NCBI GenBank assembly: GCA_043228905.1
Contig: JBHGNT010000004.1
Span: 13,330,001 to 13,394,000 of the forward strand
From: Azolla caroliniana
Taxonomy: Eukaryota > Plantae > Polypodiophyta
Length of the DNA: 64,000 nt
Direction of reading: 5' to 3'
Of the stretch, positions 51,501 to 64,000 are shown in pieces; positions within the stretch are counted from its first letter, which is position 1, and each line of letters starts with the position of its first letter. A program made the translations under genes and the position numbers. The notes beneath the pieces were generated by a model. That model did no database searches. It had not been told where the DNA came from and was given only the letters and a program-made list of their open reading frames with translations.

Positions 51501-54500
51501 TCAGCCATACAAAATCTGTCCAGCACCTTGTCAATGTTATAGGCAATTTTGGCCTCTTAAAAGACGTTAATCTATCTTTCTTTCTTGTCAATCTATTTTT
51601 CTTGAGATAAATACAATGTGTGCTGCTCCCTTTGTCTCCTAATTCTTACTCCAAGTACATGTTCAGCTTCCCCAAGGTCTTTCATTGAAAATGCAGATTC
51701 AGCTGCTTTTTAAGGACATCAACAGTGCTCCTTTTCTTGGCAGCAATGAGCATATCATGTACATATAGCACAAGAATGCCACTTTCATCTCTTTTAGTAT
51801 ACAAACAGTGATCAGCATGGCTTCTTTTGTACCCATGTTTGAGCATAAATGCATCAAATTTTCTGTACCATTGTCTAGAAGCTTGTTTCAGCCCATACAA
51901 GCTTCTATTGAGCTTACATACTAAATGTTTCTTTCCAGGAATAACAAATCCCTCGGGCTGTTTCATGTAAAGCTCTTCATCAATGTCACCATGCAAAAAC
52001 TTGTATGTACATCCATTTGGTCTAATTCCAAATCAAGTGCAGCCACTATAGCAAATAGCACTCGCAAAGTGGTCATTTTTACCACAAGAGAAAACACTTC
52101 CTGAAAAGTTATGCCCTTAGTTTGAGCATATCCTTTTGCAACCAGCCTTGCTTTATACTTGGGTTTGTTATCAAGGGTCTTCATTTTATATACCCATTTA
52201 TTAGGAATAGTTTTCCTTCCATTGGGCGGTTCAACCAAGTCCCACATATTATTTGAACGCAAAACCTTAATCTTGTCCTACATAGCAAGCTCCCACTTAT
52301 TGTTCTCACATGCCTTTGTTGTATTCTTCAACAACTTTTCCCGATGTCTCTTGAGCTCTAGCAAGAAAAGTCCTAGGCATCGTTGGTCCTCATATTCCAT
52401 TACGTTGCGTAGTGGGCCAAAGCCTTGTTTAAAGAGGCAATGGTATCTCCATGTTATCTTGTTTTCCAAGTTAATAATATCAGTTCGGATCACTCTATTC
52501 TTTTCCACTTTAGTCATATTTAGATGGGGACAGTCCAAGCTATATTGGAACGGGGGTAGTGCATTTATACTCATGCCATGTGACTCGAACCATTGCTTCA
52601 TTTCAGCATACCAACAATGAGTGTCTCCACTTTCAGCCAGTTGTCTTGATGACATAAGTGCCAACCTTCGGTACCTTTGTTTAGGGAGCTCCCAAAGACG
52701 TTAGATAAATGTCACTGATTCGAACAATGCCTTGGGTACCTTCATTTAGGGAGATCCCAAAGACGTTGGATAAATGTCACTGATCAAAACAATGCCTCGG
52801 TTATTATTGGTGTTCCTACCATCTCTGCCCGGATTATATCGTGGGGCACCAATGCTTTGCTCCTTATCATGCGAGCAATCATTGACACTAAAGGTTTCTC
52901 TAAATCTTTCCAATCATTTGCCTTGTTAAGACTCGGTCCCCATGTTTCTACTCCATAGAGAAGAATTGGTGTGACAAGTGTATCAAATAACCACAGCTTA
53001 GTTCGTGGGTCTTGAAACTGCAAATGAGCACATTGTCTCTTGAGAGCACCAAGGGCTGCCTATCCACGAGAAAGTCGGGCACAAGCAGCCTCCTCTAAGG
53101 AGAACCTAGGCCCTATAAATTTTACTCCTAGGTATGTGTAGGAGCGTGTGTATTCCACCTTCTCCTCTCCCAAGAAGAATTCTGGTTTTGATCTTGTTAC
53201 CCATGCTTGAGTGGTGTTTTATCCATGTTGATTGACAAACCTTTGTCCTTACAAAATAGTTGTAAGGCATTTAGATGTCTTTGTAGTCCCTCCAGAGAGT
53301 CAGAAATCGGCACAATATCATCAGCATATAGTAATATTTGTGTAGCTATACCTGCTAGGCGTGCTCCCGAACCCCCAAATCTCTCTATGTAATGTGATAC
53401 CTCATCTATATAGAGACCGGAGAGAGTGGGTGATAGTGGGCATCCTTGCTTCACTCCAATTGTGCTAGCCACCGCCTCTGACAATCCCTTGGAAGACCGC
53501 ATTTTCCTGACACAGATTCATAGAATGCATAGATTCCCCATTGCATATATGTAGGAACACCAAGGGCTTCTAGCTGCTGCATAAGCCAAGCGTGTGGCAC
53601 GGTGTCAAAGGCTTTTCGGAAATCCACAAAGCAGCAATAAATCCTCTTATTATGGGCTTTGCCCTCCTCAATAAGGCCCCGGAGTGTGAATATGTGATCC
53701 AAAGTTGTGAACCCCTTCTGAAAGCCTGCCTGTCCAACTGAACGGCAGCCATTCCGCTCTGCCCATATACTCGATTCTGATTCTAGAATCGACCCATATA
53801 GTTTAGCCAAGTAATGGCCAATCATGATTGTCCTATAGTTGCTTGGATCATGGGATCTCCACTCTTGAGGATTGGCACAATGGTATGATGAGTCCATCTA
53901 GTGGGGAAACCTTCACACATGGCTCTATTAAATATGTGTGCTAGCAATGGGAGCAAGGTCTCACGAGCATAGATAAAGTGCTCACCCACCAATCCATCAT
54001 GATCTTGGGCCTTCCCAAATTGTAGCCGATCAATAGCATTTCTTACATTTTGTGGTGTAAAGAAGGTTGATTTATGTGGGCGTGAGGCATTTGGGTGGGG
54101 AAGAGGAGGTTGCCCCGGGATATCATATAGAACCTTTGCATATTCATGCCACATATGTGGTGAGGTTAATTGTGTGGTGGGTTGCCTCTCATTAAACATT
54201 TTCCATGCTCTTTTAATTTCTTGTCTTAGAAACAAGCGATACAAATTATCTTCAAATTTAGCCAAATACAATCTCTTCTTCTTCCTTACAAGGCGTTGGA
54301 ACGTTGCTCTCACTTGTTTGTGTATAAATGCCCCGACTTACATCACTCTGCAAGCATCTCCTTGTATCACGACATTCCTCATCATACCAACTATTTTGTA
54401 TTACTCTACCAAGTTTGGGGGGATTGGCCGTTGTGTGAGGAAAGGCATTTGTGGTTGCTTTATGCAATGATTTTGATAATCCTTGGATAAGTTCTTCAAG

Positions 54501-57500
54501 GGGTGTGGAAGGATCCAGCAAGCATGCCATTGTATACACCACCATTATACACATCAATTGTCTCACAAGTAAATAGATACTTAGCCAGCCCACTCTCCTT
54601 AGCATATACATCCTTTGTGCATCCATCCTTTACCTCAAAGCATAGATATGCATGATCTGTTGCCAAGCCAATAGGTCTACCCAATATAGTGAAGTCTTTT
54701 ATTTCAGGTATAAGAGATGGAGATCCCATTAGATAATCGACTGTGCTTGCACCTCCTTTTGGGTTCCAACATGTCAAAGCATCTGATCCAAGCCATTGTG
54801 ACAAACCATTATATATCACGAATCCATGCACGCTTCCCAAGGCTAGAAAGTGTTTTCCATATTCAGTTATAGCACTAATATCTTGAGCTTGTCGCTTTAG
54901 ACCAACCTCTTCTGCCGGTGTTAAAAATAGTTGTTTGTCCATGCTTTGTTTGTGCATTAAAATCTCCTAATAGTATTATGTCCCCCATAGTAGCAAATCT
55001 TATGCTATCATCATATAATGGTAGATATGGTGATTCACCTAGAGGTACAAACATTGAGTAGGCTGGTGGAAAGTGGCAAATTGCAATATATAACTCCCTA
55101 AGATCCCCTCTTTTGATTCGTATCCACATGTAGCGTGCATCTACATCCTTATGGACAAAATGCACTCTATCATGGAGCTCCTTTTTGTATAGCACAGCCA
55201 CTCCTCCCAAACCTCTAGTGCTTCCTGGTGTCCGAGGTTGGGGGTGACATATTGACTCCCATCTTCATTATCTTCTATCTTCTACGGACTGAAGCAAGCC
55301 CAAAGAGCATGGCATTCAAAGATCGCGTTGTGCCTTGACAACATCAGCTTCAGGATGTCAAAATTTGATAACTTGTTTATCCAGACCAATCCCAAAAGCC
55401 CCGACTTCATTATCTTCTATGTCAATGACCTTGTATCGGTGGAGAAATCCCCGCAAAGACACGAAAGATTAAAAAGTGAGGAGCCTGAATGAGTTACATT
55501 ATTTTCTTGGCATCGAGGATATTCAAACGCCAGACGGATTCCTATTCTCACAACAACATTGTGTGTTGAACCTGTTATACAAGTTTGGAATGATCAAGTG
55601 TACATCCATCTCGACACAGTATCGACGAACAATCGGGAATCTTATCTACTAAGCTATCACCCGGCCAGACCTTAGCTACCTTGACGCACTCCTTAGTCAG
55701 TCCATGCAAACCCCCCGCGACACTCATATGGATTGTGCTAAGCAAGTGTTACGAGGTCCATGGAACACTAGATAATGGTATCTTCTAAAAGCACGGAGTA
55801 CCACTTCAATTCAAAAGGTTCACGGAGTACTTTCTGCATCTTAGGGCTTTCTTCATGTTGCACTTTTAGGGTTTCTTTCATGTACACTTTATAATTTTCT
55901 TTTTCTTGCATTTTTAGGATTTTAGGATTTGTTGCATCTCTCTCTCACACACACAACCTCAAATAACACATATCTTATCTTCCACTGCATTGAACTATAT
56001 TCTCATAGTTCTTTACACCCCATGGAGAAAACTATCAATATCTGCAAACAAGATGCTAATCAAAGTTTAGTGATATTCTATATGAGGAAGAAAATACAGA
56101 CCAGATCCACTTGAACCGCTTTAGTACTATGAGAACCGGTTCCTTGCACTCGAAAAAGTGCTACTCCGTCATCTTTATAAGTATCATCCGTTACGCCCTG
56201 ATCAATAACTTTTCTCTGATATCCTGAATTCTGGCTCCCCTATAGAAGGTATACGTTTTAACTTCGGTCACAAAAATAAAGTCTAAATCGACGGAGGTGG
56301 ATAATATGCTTTACCTTCAATAGGAAGAAGGCCTGGAATAATGCAAGGAACTCAGCAGGTTCGTTTCCTTCAAGAATACGCCCCTAAAGGAAAGAGAATT
56401 AATTAATTTCTAATCAGCCATAACGAGAAGTAAAGAAATAATTATATAGAAGCTAACCTGTACAGGCCGCCCTTTATAATTATTGGAAATTTGTGTCACA
56501 AGACGATAGGTTACAGCTCGGTCTTCCTGCATCATAGGAATGATAGAAAGGTAACTGAGATTAAAGCACGACACAAGAAACAAAACATGAGTAAGAAGAA
56601 GAGGCAAGGTGGCACCAATCCTAAGAGCATTTAAGGAACTTTAATCTGACATGCAGATAAGAAGGAAAATGGGACAATATTTTATTCAAGAATAATTTGG
56701 TGTGTATCCACCTCTGTGCTTCGGTTTCCAATCCAGTGACAAAGAAAATATTCATCTTTACGATTGCCAGGGTAAGTGTAAAGCACTAAATAACAATCCC
56801 CACTGTAGAACTTGCCAATATCTGCAGCAGCAACGGATGTTTTACTAGACCCATTGATTCTCCACACCTAAAACATCAAGAAATCAGCCAAATAGCCCAG
56901 AGGAAGTAAATATTGTAACACTGGACTTGTCAAGGAAGACCTTACCTCAAGTTTTCCGCTTTTATCAAAAAGAGGTGGCATTTCGTCTTTCGTTGGAGCT
57001 CCTTTCAAAAGCCCTTTGACATTTACTCCTTGCTGTTTCAGCATAGCTGTCAGGATACACATGAATATTTGAGAGACTACACGTGATCCATTCATATATT
57101 TAAAAATCTTTAGAGCATGTGAAAAGAATAGCAGCTCCAATAGAAACATTTTAGTAATGAACAAAGAGCAAACACAGACTGTCTCAAATTATGAGCTTCG
57201 AAAACACTCTAGAAATTAAATAAGACTAAAATGAAAATCAGATGAAAACAAATGTAATTATATACTTATACACACAAAGCAATACAATTTCAAAAAACCA
57301 AGTTTAATCTTTGAGAAAGATATTTCAAGAAACTTCCTCAAGTACAGTATGATTCTGTCGCATTGCCAGTAAGATTATCATTAACTTTCTCGACTACACC
57401 ATGGCAGATGCCGTAGCATAAAGAGAAAGTGTGACTTCACTTGGGGAATGCATTACAAAGAATCAATGATAAACATAAAAAAACAATGTACACCATCTAT

Positions 57501-60261
57501 AGCTCAAAGATAACTTGATAATAATCCACCTGCAACTTTGCCTCTGCCATCCTCAGAAACAGTAGCCCCACCTCCCAGAGGCCAAACATCAAAATTTGAA
57601 CGAAATGACAATGTCTCAAACCCTTGTATGATCCTTGTTACAAGTGTATGCTTTGGCCTTCTTTGAGATGAAATAAATTCCTGCAAAGCCCAACAACTTT
57701 ATGAAAGAAAAGGAAAACACAATGAAGACCAGAAAATCATTTGTTCTTACCTCTGCAGTTACACTTGCTCCTTTTCTTTCTTCCAAAGTAGTAATACGAC
57801 CGAGCCAAACAAAAACCTCTGCTCCACAGTCAAGTACATAGCATTTGTTCGACTCAAGCATTCCTTTTGTTAGGGGTGAATCGTTTATAGGGTTCAGTTG
57901 TCCATCTTCCACACTGTTCGAACAAGAAACATAATAGTAAATATATGCCAGGAGGCTACCTGATATATATTAGCAGGCTATCCACTCTCATAATTTGTCT
58001 ATGCAAAGGGACAAAATATGGGCAATTCTATTAAATATTTAAGATGTCATCACCATACCCAAAAAACGATTGTGATACTCAAATAATTTTAAGCAACAAG
58101 TATGACAAACCAGATCAATATAGCAGAGGGTGTTTGTGTATGTGACATTCCTTTAACTAAACAAGAGCAATATACATATTATGACGTACTTCTTCGTCTG
58201 ACAATGTACTTTGTTTTTACATCAAGAAATTGGTAAAGAGAACAAGATGATCATATCATATACACATCTAATTGGTTTCATCTGTAGTAAAGCTTACATG
58301 TAAAGGTTTCCAGCACAGCTACCATAAGGAATATCATCCTCTGATGGTGCTCTTTTTCCAATTGGTGCAAAGCCTCCAAAGAGACTCCAAAATTCTCCGG
58401 TGTCAGCTTCTGCAACAAGCTTTCCATCATCTAATAAAGAGATCAGGTCACAAGCTTCTTACAATCAAAATGACAAAGGTATTGGATAAGGTCACAAGCT
58501 TCTTACCAACTATTGCAACCTCGCATTTCCCGTTGTGATATGTGTCTTTTACATACTGTACAACCTCTAACGCCCTGGCTCGTTCCTGAATACTGGAGGT
58601 TGCACCATTGAATTGATATATCTTGGATTCAGTATCCAAAATAAAAACATCATCATGATTAAGTGATGCACGAGAATATGGAACCTGCAAATACAACAGT
58701 TGGTGAGAAACTGAGAAGCATGATATTGATATTATTCAAATTGCACATTATAAGATTTGGTGACAACTTACCTCTTTCACTCTTACAGCACGTCTTCCCT
58801 TGCAAATATAAAGCCGAGATTCAAACTTCTCCAGTTCGACCTTTTTAAAACCAGATGCAACCCGTCCATGCATAGGTATAATGCAAGGTTTAAAATATGA
58901 AAGAAACTTATCGGTTTCATGACCCTGTACTTCTCTGTACTGCACAGCACGGCCTCCTAAAGCAGCATCCAATTCAACTGTTTTAATTGCTGCTACACCA
59001 ACTCCGTCCTTCAGAGAAAGAAAACAAAACATCTCTGTTCAAACAGAAACTGAGAAACAATTTACGGATAAGAAAGCTTCAAAGACCATAAAACAAAAGA
59101 AATGGAAAACGCAGCTGAAAGAAAGAAAGAAAAGAATGAGCTGAGGATAAAAACAATGGAAAGAGTTCAAGTAAACACAAGAAGTATCCGTAGAGCAAGA
59201 AATTAAGATTTCTTAAGAGTACCTGACTTGTATCTTTTCCCAACCAAAAGTGGGCATCATAATGATATGCTCCATTCTTCAATGCAGTTGTCTGGCACAT
59301 TTTCCAAACCCATATATCAAAACTGCATGACCCTTCTTTATGCATGTGAAACGTGAGAATTTGGCATTTATTCATTTCACTAAGTACACTCAGATTATAT
59401 GGTGTAGTTGTGCATGAATGAGGACCACTAACAAACGTTTTCAAATTGTAACAAAGGCAGATGATATTAAATATAGACAACTATAATTACAAGGGTGATG
59501 CAAATAGGAACCAGAACAAACCAATTGGGTTTCTATATATTTACTAATTGCCCAAAATCAGAGAGAATTTTTCTCCCCTTATTTTTCAAGCCTATATGTC
59601 AGAATTGCATGATACTCTATGCATGTGAAACTAGAAGAATTTGGCATTTATTCATTTCACTTAAGGACACTCAGATTTTATAATGAAGTTATGCGTGAAT
59701 GAGGACAAATAATATAATGTTTTCAAATAATTGCCAAGCATTATAATCTTGAATATATACAACTATACTTCTCTATGATTACAATTTTAATGAAAAGGAA
59801 GACGCAAATAGGAAATAGAACAAACCAACTGGGTTGCTACTTCTTAACTCATTCCCCATCTTCAAGGAGAATTTTCATTAATATGCCTAAGGTTCCAAGC
59901 CACCAGTCTACTTTTGAATTTCATTTTAATAGAGCCTTCAAAACTGATTAATGATGAACCAAAAAGGTTGCTTAAAAATAATGAGATTTATTTTTACCTT
60001 CAGGATAATGTAAGAATCTCCTGTATAGAACTTTCCATAATCAGATTTGGGTAAAGGAACAGGTTGAAAATCTTCAATTCTCCAAATATCCATTCCGCTA
60101 GAAAGTAATGTAAGATGCAAAAAAACAAACCAAATGTTTCTAGTTTGAGACTTTATTACCAAGCCTAAAAACGAGTATGAATATTGGCGCTGCTTTATAG
60201 GATACATTTTCTGACCAACTCCTTGGAATGCAGGATCAACGTTTTTCATTGACACAGCCAT
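45585..60261 (-). CDS. VLN: Villin (gelsolin repeats plus headpiece), multi-exon gene
   Basis: [105 protein letters not shown]...GKFYSGDCY; headpiece GIDPTRRE...[19 protein letters not shown] (stop 45585-45587); GT-AG introns. Confidence 0.96.
48120..48960 (-). mobile_element. Older, diverged LINE 3' copy in villin intron
   Basis: (AAGA)n tail and a diverged match to the LINE 3' UTR and C-terminal region. Confidence 0.6.
49190..50700. mobile_element. LINE fragments: endonuclease piece (+, ~49190-49500) and 3' end (-, ~49520-50700)
   Basis: [27 protein letters not shown] on +; C-terminal Cys/His region and (TTCT)n tail on -. Confidence 0.85.
50705..52310 (-). mobile_element. Copia RT/RNaseH fragments with 3' LTR-like end
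   Basis: [48 protein letters not shown]; PPT-like CTCCCCCTCAA ~50902-50912. Confidence 0.85.
51536..51583 (+). mobile_element. 48-bp extreme 3' LINE insertion with TSD
   Basis: LINE terminus TTTTGGCCTCTTAAAAGACGTTAATCTATCTTTCTTT flanked by CTTGTCAAT at 51527-51535 and 51584-51592. Confidence 0.85.
52310..55260 (-). mobile_element. RTE/RTEX-like LINE with APE endonuclease and RT (degenerate)
   Basis: GGVAVLYKK...[19 protein letters not shown]...TDH (APE); [28 protein letters not shown] (RT). Confidence 0.92.
55262..55800 (+). mobile_element. Decayed copia RT fragment
   Basis: [35 protein letters not shown]. Confidence 0.75.
59342..59870. repeat. ~280-bp diverged tandem duplication in villin intron 2
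   Basis: GCATGTGAAAC..GAATTTGGCATTTATTCATTTCACT...GCAAATAGGAA..AGAACAAACCAA starts at 59342 and again at 59621. Confidence 0.8.
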
Positions 60262-61072
60262 TTCACAACGGTTCACTCCAAGAAAACCTAGAAAAAGAAA
60301 AAGACATCAAATTTTCATACACTTGACCTGTACAAATACCAGAAGCAGGAAGCACAGGAGCACAATGAAACTTACCCAGCTACATACTGCATAATGAAGT
60401 GGTAAATTTGTCATGTTCTAGATATTCAACTATTAAGTTAAAGATACATATAAAGTTGGTTTTTCAAAGCTGTAGGAATATCGAGGTGGTGACAAGGAAC
60501 ATAAAAAATCAATCGCAATTAGCTTGACCACCTTCAGCTAGATAGTTTGACCAAAGCTAGTCATATAATAGTATGCATTTGTCACATTTGTTTGCAGCAA
60601 AGATGAGAAATCATATCAAAGCATACACAGTGAATTCAGTATCACAAATTCTTTTTCATTAGTTTAGAAGAAACTTGATTTTAATGGCAATTACTTATAT
60701 GCTAAGTTTAGAAGCCTACAGCTTTGTACAATATGTTCTTTCATGTTTCACAGCTTTTCAATGTGCTAATGATTGTTGACTATGAGCTGATGCGAATGTT
60801 CATTCATAATAAGCATTCATCATATGTGAACACTTAAGTTCATGAAATTTTCACAAAAAACAAAAATACAACCAACAGATGTACTGACCTGGTGTTGTAT
60901 GCCTATATAGCTGTCTACTTAGTTACAATACCAGTAGATTGAGTCAATTTCAGAATTATTTTTATTAGCCTTTTTTTCCCAACTGCATGTTTTGCAACAT
61001 TTATAAATTTCAACGTTCAATTATAAACATGAAACTCATGTACATATAAACCTGTGTTACCAGGTTACCTTT

Positions 61073-64000
61073 TGTAATGTGAACACACCTCTTTCTTTGT
61101 AGGGTTAACTAATATAATAACCTTTTTTCTGGTGTACCAATCAAGGCAGTTGGGTACACCCAAAAACCTGTGTCTCCACTCTCTGTTTGCTAAACATTAT
61201 CCCTCAATAGCTGCTCCCTGAAAATCATCCCTCTTTTCCTTTTAACTGGTATCAGAGCCAAATCTTTTTCCTCTGCTTTGCTGTTTTTTTTAGATTCAGA
61301 ATCAGCAGAAAACACACTTTTTTTTTCAATTCTTTCAGACCATTTCCTATTGGTATTCTGCTCAATTTCTGAAGAAATCTGTCATAAATATTGGGAGCAA
61401 TGGCCTCAACTTCAATTGAAGTGAAAAACTTCTTTGAAATCAAGAGATTTGATTTCGAATTGTGGAAAGAGCGTATGCTGGGCATCCTCTTTCTGAGAGA
61501 TTGTGATGATGCTCTCGTGGAAAAGAAACCAGAGAGCATGGAAAATGATGCGTGGAACACTCTGAATAAGAAAGCCATTACATATATTAAAATGGCTGTT
61601 TCTGATGAGATTCTTGTAGATATAAAGGGCTTAACTACTTCCCATCAAGTTTGGGAGAAACTTAAGACAACTTACGGGAATACTACTCCTGTGAATCAGG
61701 TGCATTTGATGAGAAAACTTGTCAGTATGAGGCTTGATGAGTCGAAAGGTGCAACAGAGCATCTATCGTTATTCACAAGTACTCTCTCCCAACTACAAGA
61801 TTCAGGATTACCAGCTTTTGATGACAAGCTCAAAGCTATCTTCCTACTTATGACTTTACCCAATTCTTGGGAAACATTAGTTGTTTCGCCATCTAATAGC
61901 CCCAACTTGACCTTCGATGGTGTGCGGGGCTCTATTCTCAATGAAGAGATTAGAAGACAATCTAGCGGAGAAGGTAGTGGTTCAGCATACAATATTAGGG
62001 GGAGATATGATAACAGGAACCCAAATGTAGGACAAAGAAATAGAAGTAAGAATAGAGGGAAAGGAAAGCAACAAGATATCACATGCTATCAGTGTGGCCG
62101 TAAAGGTCATAAGAAACCCGATTGTAGATATTGGAAGATGGAACTAGAAAAAAAGAAGAATGTAGGAGAGAAGAAAAATAAAGATGATAAATTTAATACA
62201 ACAGAGAAAGCTAATATGCCTTCAAATGTTATCATCAAAGACCTTTTTGTTAAAGATGGTGATGTACTTTGTATTACAAGTGATGCCTTCATAGCTCATG
62301 TTCAAGACATGCAAATAACCAAAACAAATGTTATTGATGCTTTATTGTCAATCAATGATGGATTGACACAGACATGGATAGTGACTCTGGGGCTTCTTTT
62401 CATGTTACTCGTTTCGGAGTACTTTACCACATTTGATGCAGGCAGTTATGGAAAAGTTTATCTTGGTAACAATAGTGACTGCAATATTGATGGTATTGGA
62501 ACCATACACTTGTCTTTGGATAATGGTCAAGAGCTCGTGCTCAAAGATGTTAGGTATGTACCTGGCATTAAGAAAAGTTTGCTACCTGTAGGACAGATGG
62601 ATTTGCATGGTTACACCACATTATTCGGTGGTGGATTGTGGAAACTAAAGAAAGGATCTATGGTTATTGTGAAAGGTTGCAAAAAAAGCACTCTCTGTTG
62701 TTTGCAATGTAAAGCTTTACCTGGAAGGTTTCTTGCTTTTGCTGAATTTGACTCTCCTTTAGAGCTTTGGCATAAGAGATTAGGACATATGAGCCAAAAC
62801 GGACTTGAAGTCCTTTCTGCTCTAAAAAGATTTGATGTTAAAGGATCAAAGCTGGTTTTTTGTAATGATTGTCTATTTGGCAAACAAGTGAGAATTTCTT
62901 ATTATTCTGTTGTCTCTCGTAAACCAAATGGGCTAGATTTAGTGCATTCTGATGTATGTAGCATGCCTGTAAAATCTTTGGGTGGTGCTGCATATTTTAT
63001 TTCCTTTATCGATGATTATTCTAGGCAGATTTGGGTGTACTTGATGAAAAAAAAGAGTGATGCATTTAAATCTTTTCATGCATTTGTGACTACCCAAAAA
63101 GGGACAAAACAGAAATGTCTTAGAACATATAATGGGGGTGAGTCCTTTTGTGACTTACATGGTATTAAAAGAGAGCTTACAGCTCCATATAACCCTTCAT
63201 CAAATGGCGTGGCAGAAAGGTATAATAAGACCTTGTGTGAGCGAGTACGGTGCATGCTGTCCACAGCTAATCTCCCTCATGAATTTTGGGTAGAAGCATT
63301 AAAAACCGCGGTTCATATATGTAATCGTTCTCCCAACAACTCCTTAAAGTATGGAATCCCTGAGGAGGTTTGGTCTGGCAAACCAGCCTCATATGACCAT
63401 TTACGAATTTTCAGTTGTGATGCATTTGTACACATTAGAAGTGAGCTGAGAAACAAGCTCGATGCTAAGTCCACCATGGGCAATTTTATGGGCTATGGTG
63501 ATGAAGGTGAAATGGGCTATAGGATTTGGTTACCTCAGTCCAGAAAAATCGTACGCAACCGGGATGTTGTTTTTAATGAAGAAAAATTGCTGAAAAATGC
63601 TTGTTCCTCTGTTGGGAACTCTAAGAGCGTTACATTTCAGCAATTACAGCCATCCACAAAATCTGAAAATAAACCTCATGATGCTATACCAAAGGTTGAA
63701 TATGATGATCGACCGGTTATCTTTGAGCCAGAAGAAGTTGGACAGCAAAGAGATGATCATGAAGGTGTTGGCCAACGAGATGAAGGTACTGAAGAACAAA
63801 ATATAGATGATGAACAACATGATAGACATGGTTTGCAACAGCCAGAAAGTGCTGAAACTGATTTTCCTCCAAATTTAGAACCAATCCCAGAAAATATTGA
63901 TCATTGGGTACGTAGGCCTAATCGTTTAAGGAGGCAGGTATATAGATATGACCCCTCTTTGCATTATGTCATGCTGTTAGATGAGGGTGAACCTCTTACT
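61073..64000 (+). mobile_element. Ty1/copia element (5' part; runs off the window)
   Basis: Short putative LTR from ~61073; PBS TGGTATCAGAGC 61248-61259; ORF from ATG 61400 encoding gag, CYQCGRKGHKKPDC knuckle, LWHKRLGH and integrase; open to 64000. Confidence 0.93.

Overview
Repeat-rich land-plant nuclear DNA; the spliceosomal genes and TE-filled introns fit a non-seed plant, but the lineage cannot be fixed from sequence alone. It holds two convergent host genes: nicastrin (+, 20905-40193, 12 kb first intron) and villin (-, 60261-45585, 8 kb TE-filled intron). Around them are nested Ty1/copia elements, solo LTRs with target-site duplications (TSDs), a Ty3/gypsy fragment, many RTE/RTEX-like LINE copies, a MULE and a foldback element. 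The most unusual feature is at 1-~880: a decayed, intron-containing gene whose spliced product carries the motifs of a bacterial-type beta-class N6-adenine/N4-cytosine DNA methyltransferase. Next is an endonuclease-lacking Penelope-like retroelement (~2190-10260, split by a copia) with a minimal hammerhead-ribozyme-like motif at 10004-10058. All calls come from manual reading and translation; no database searches were run.
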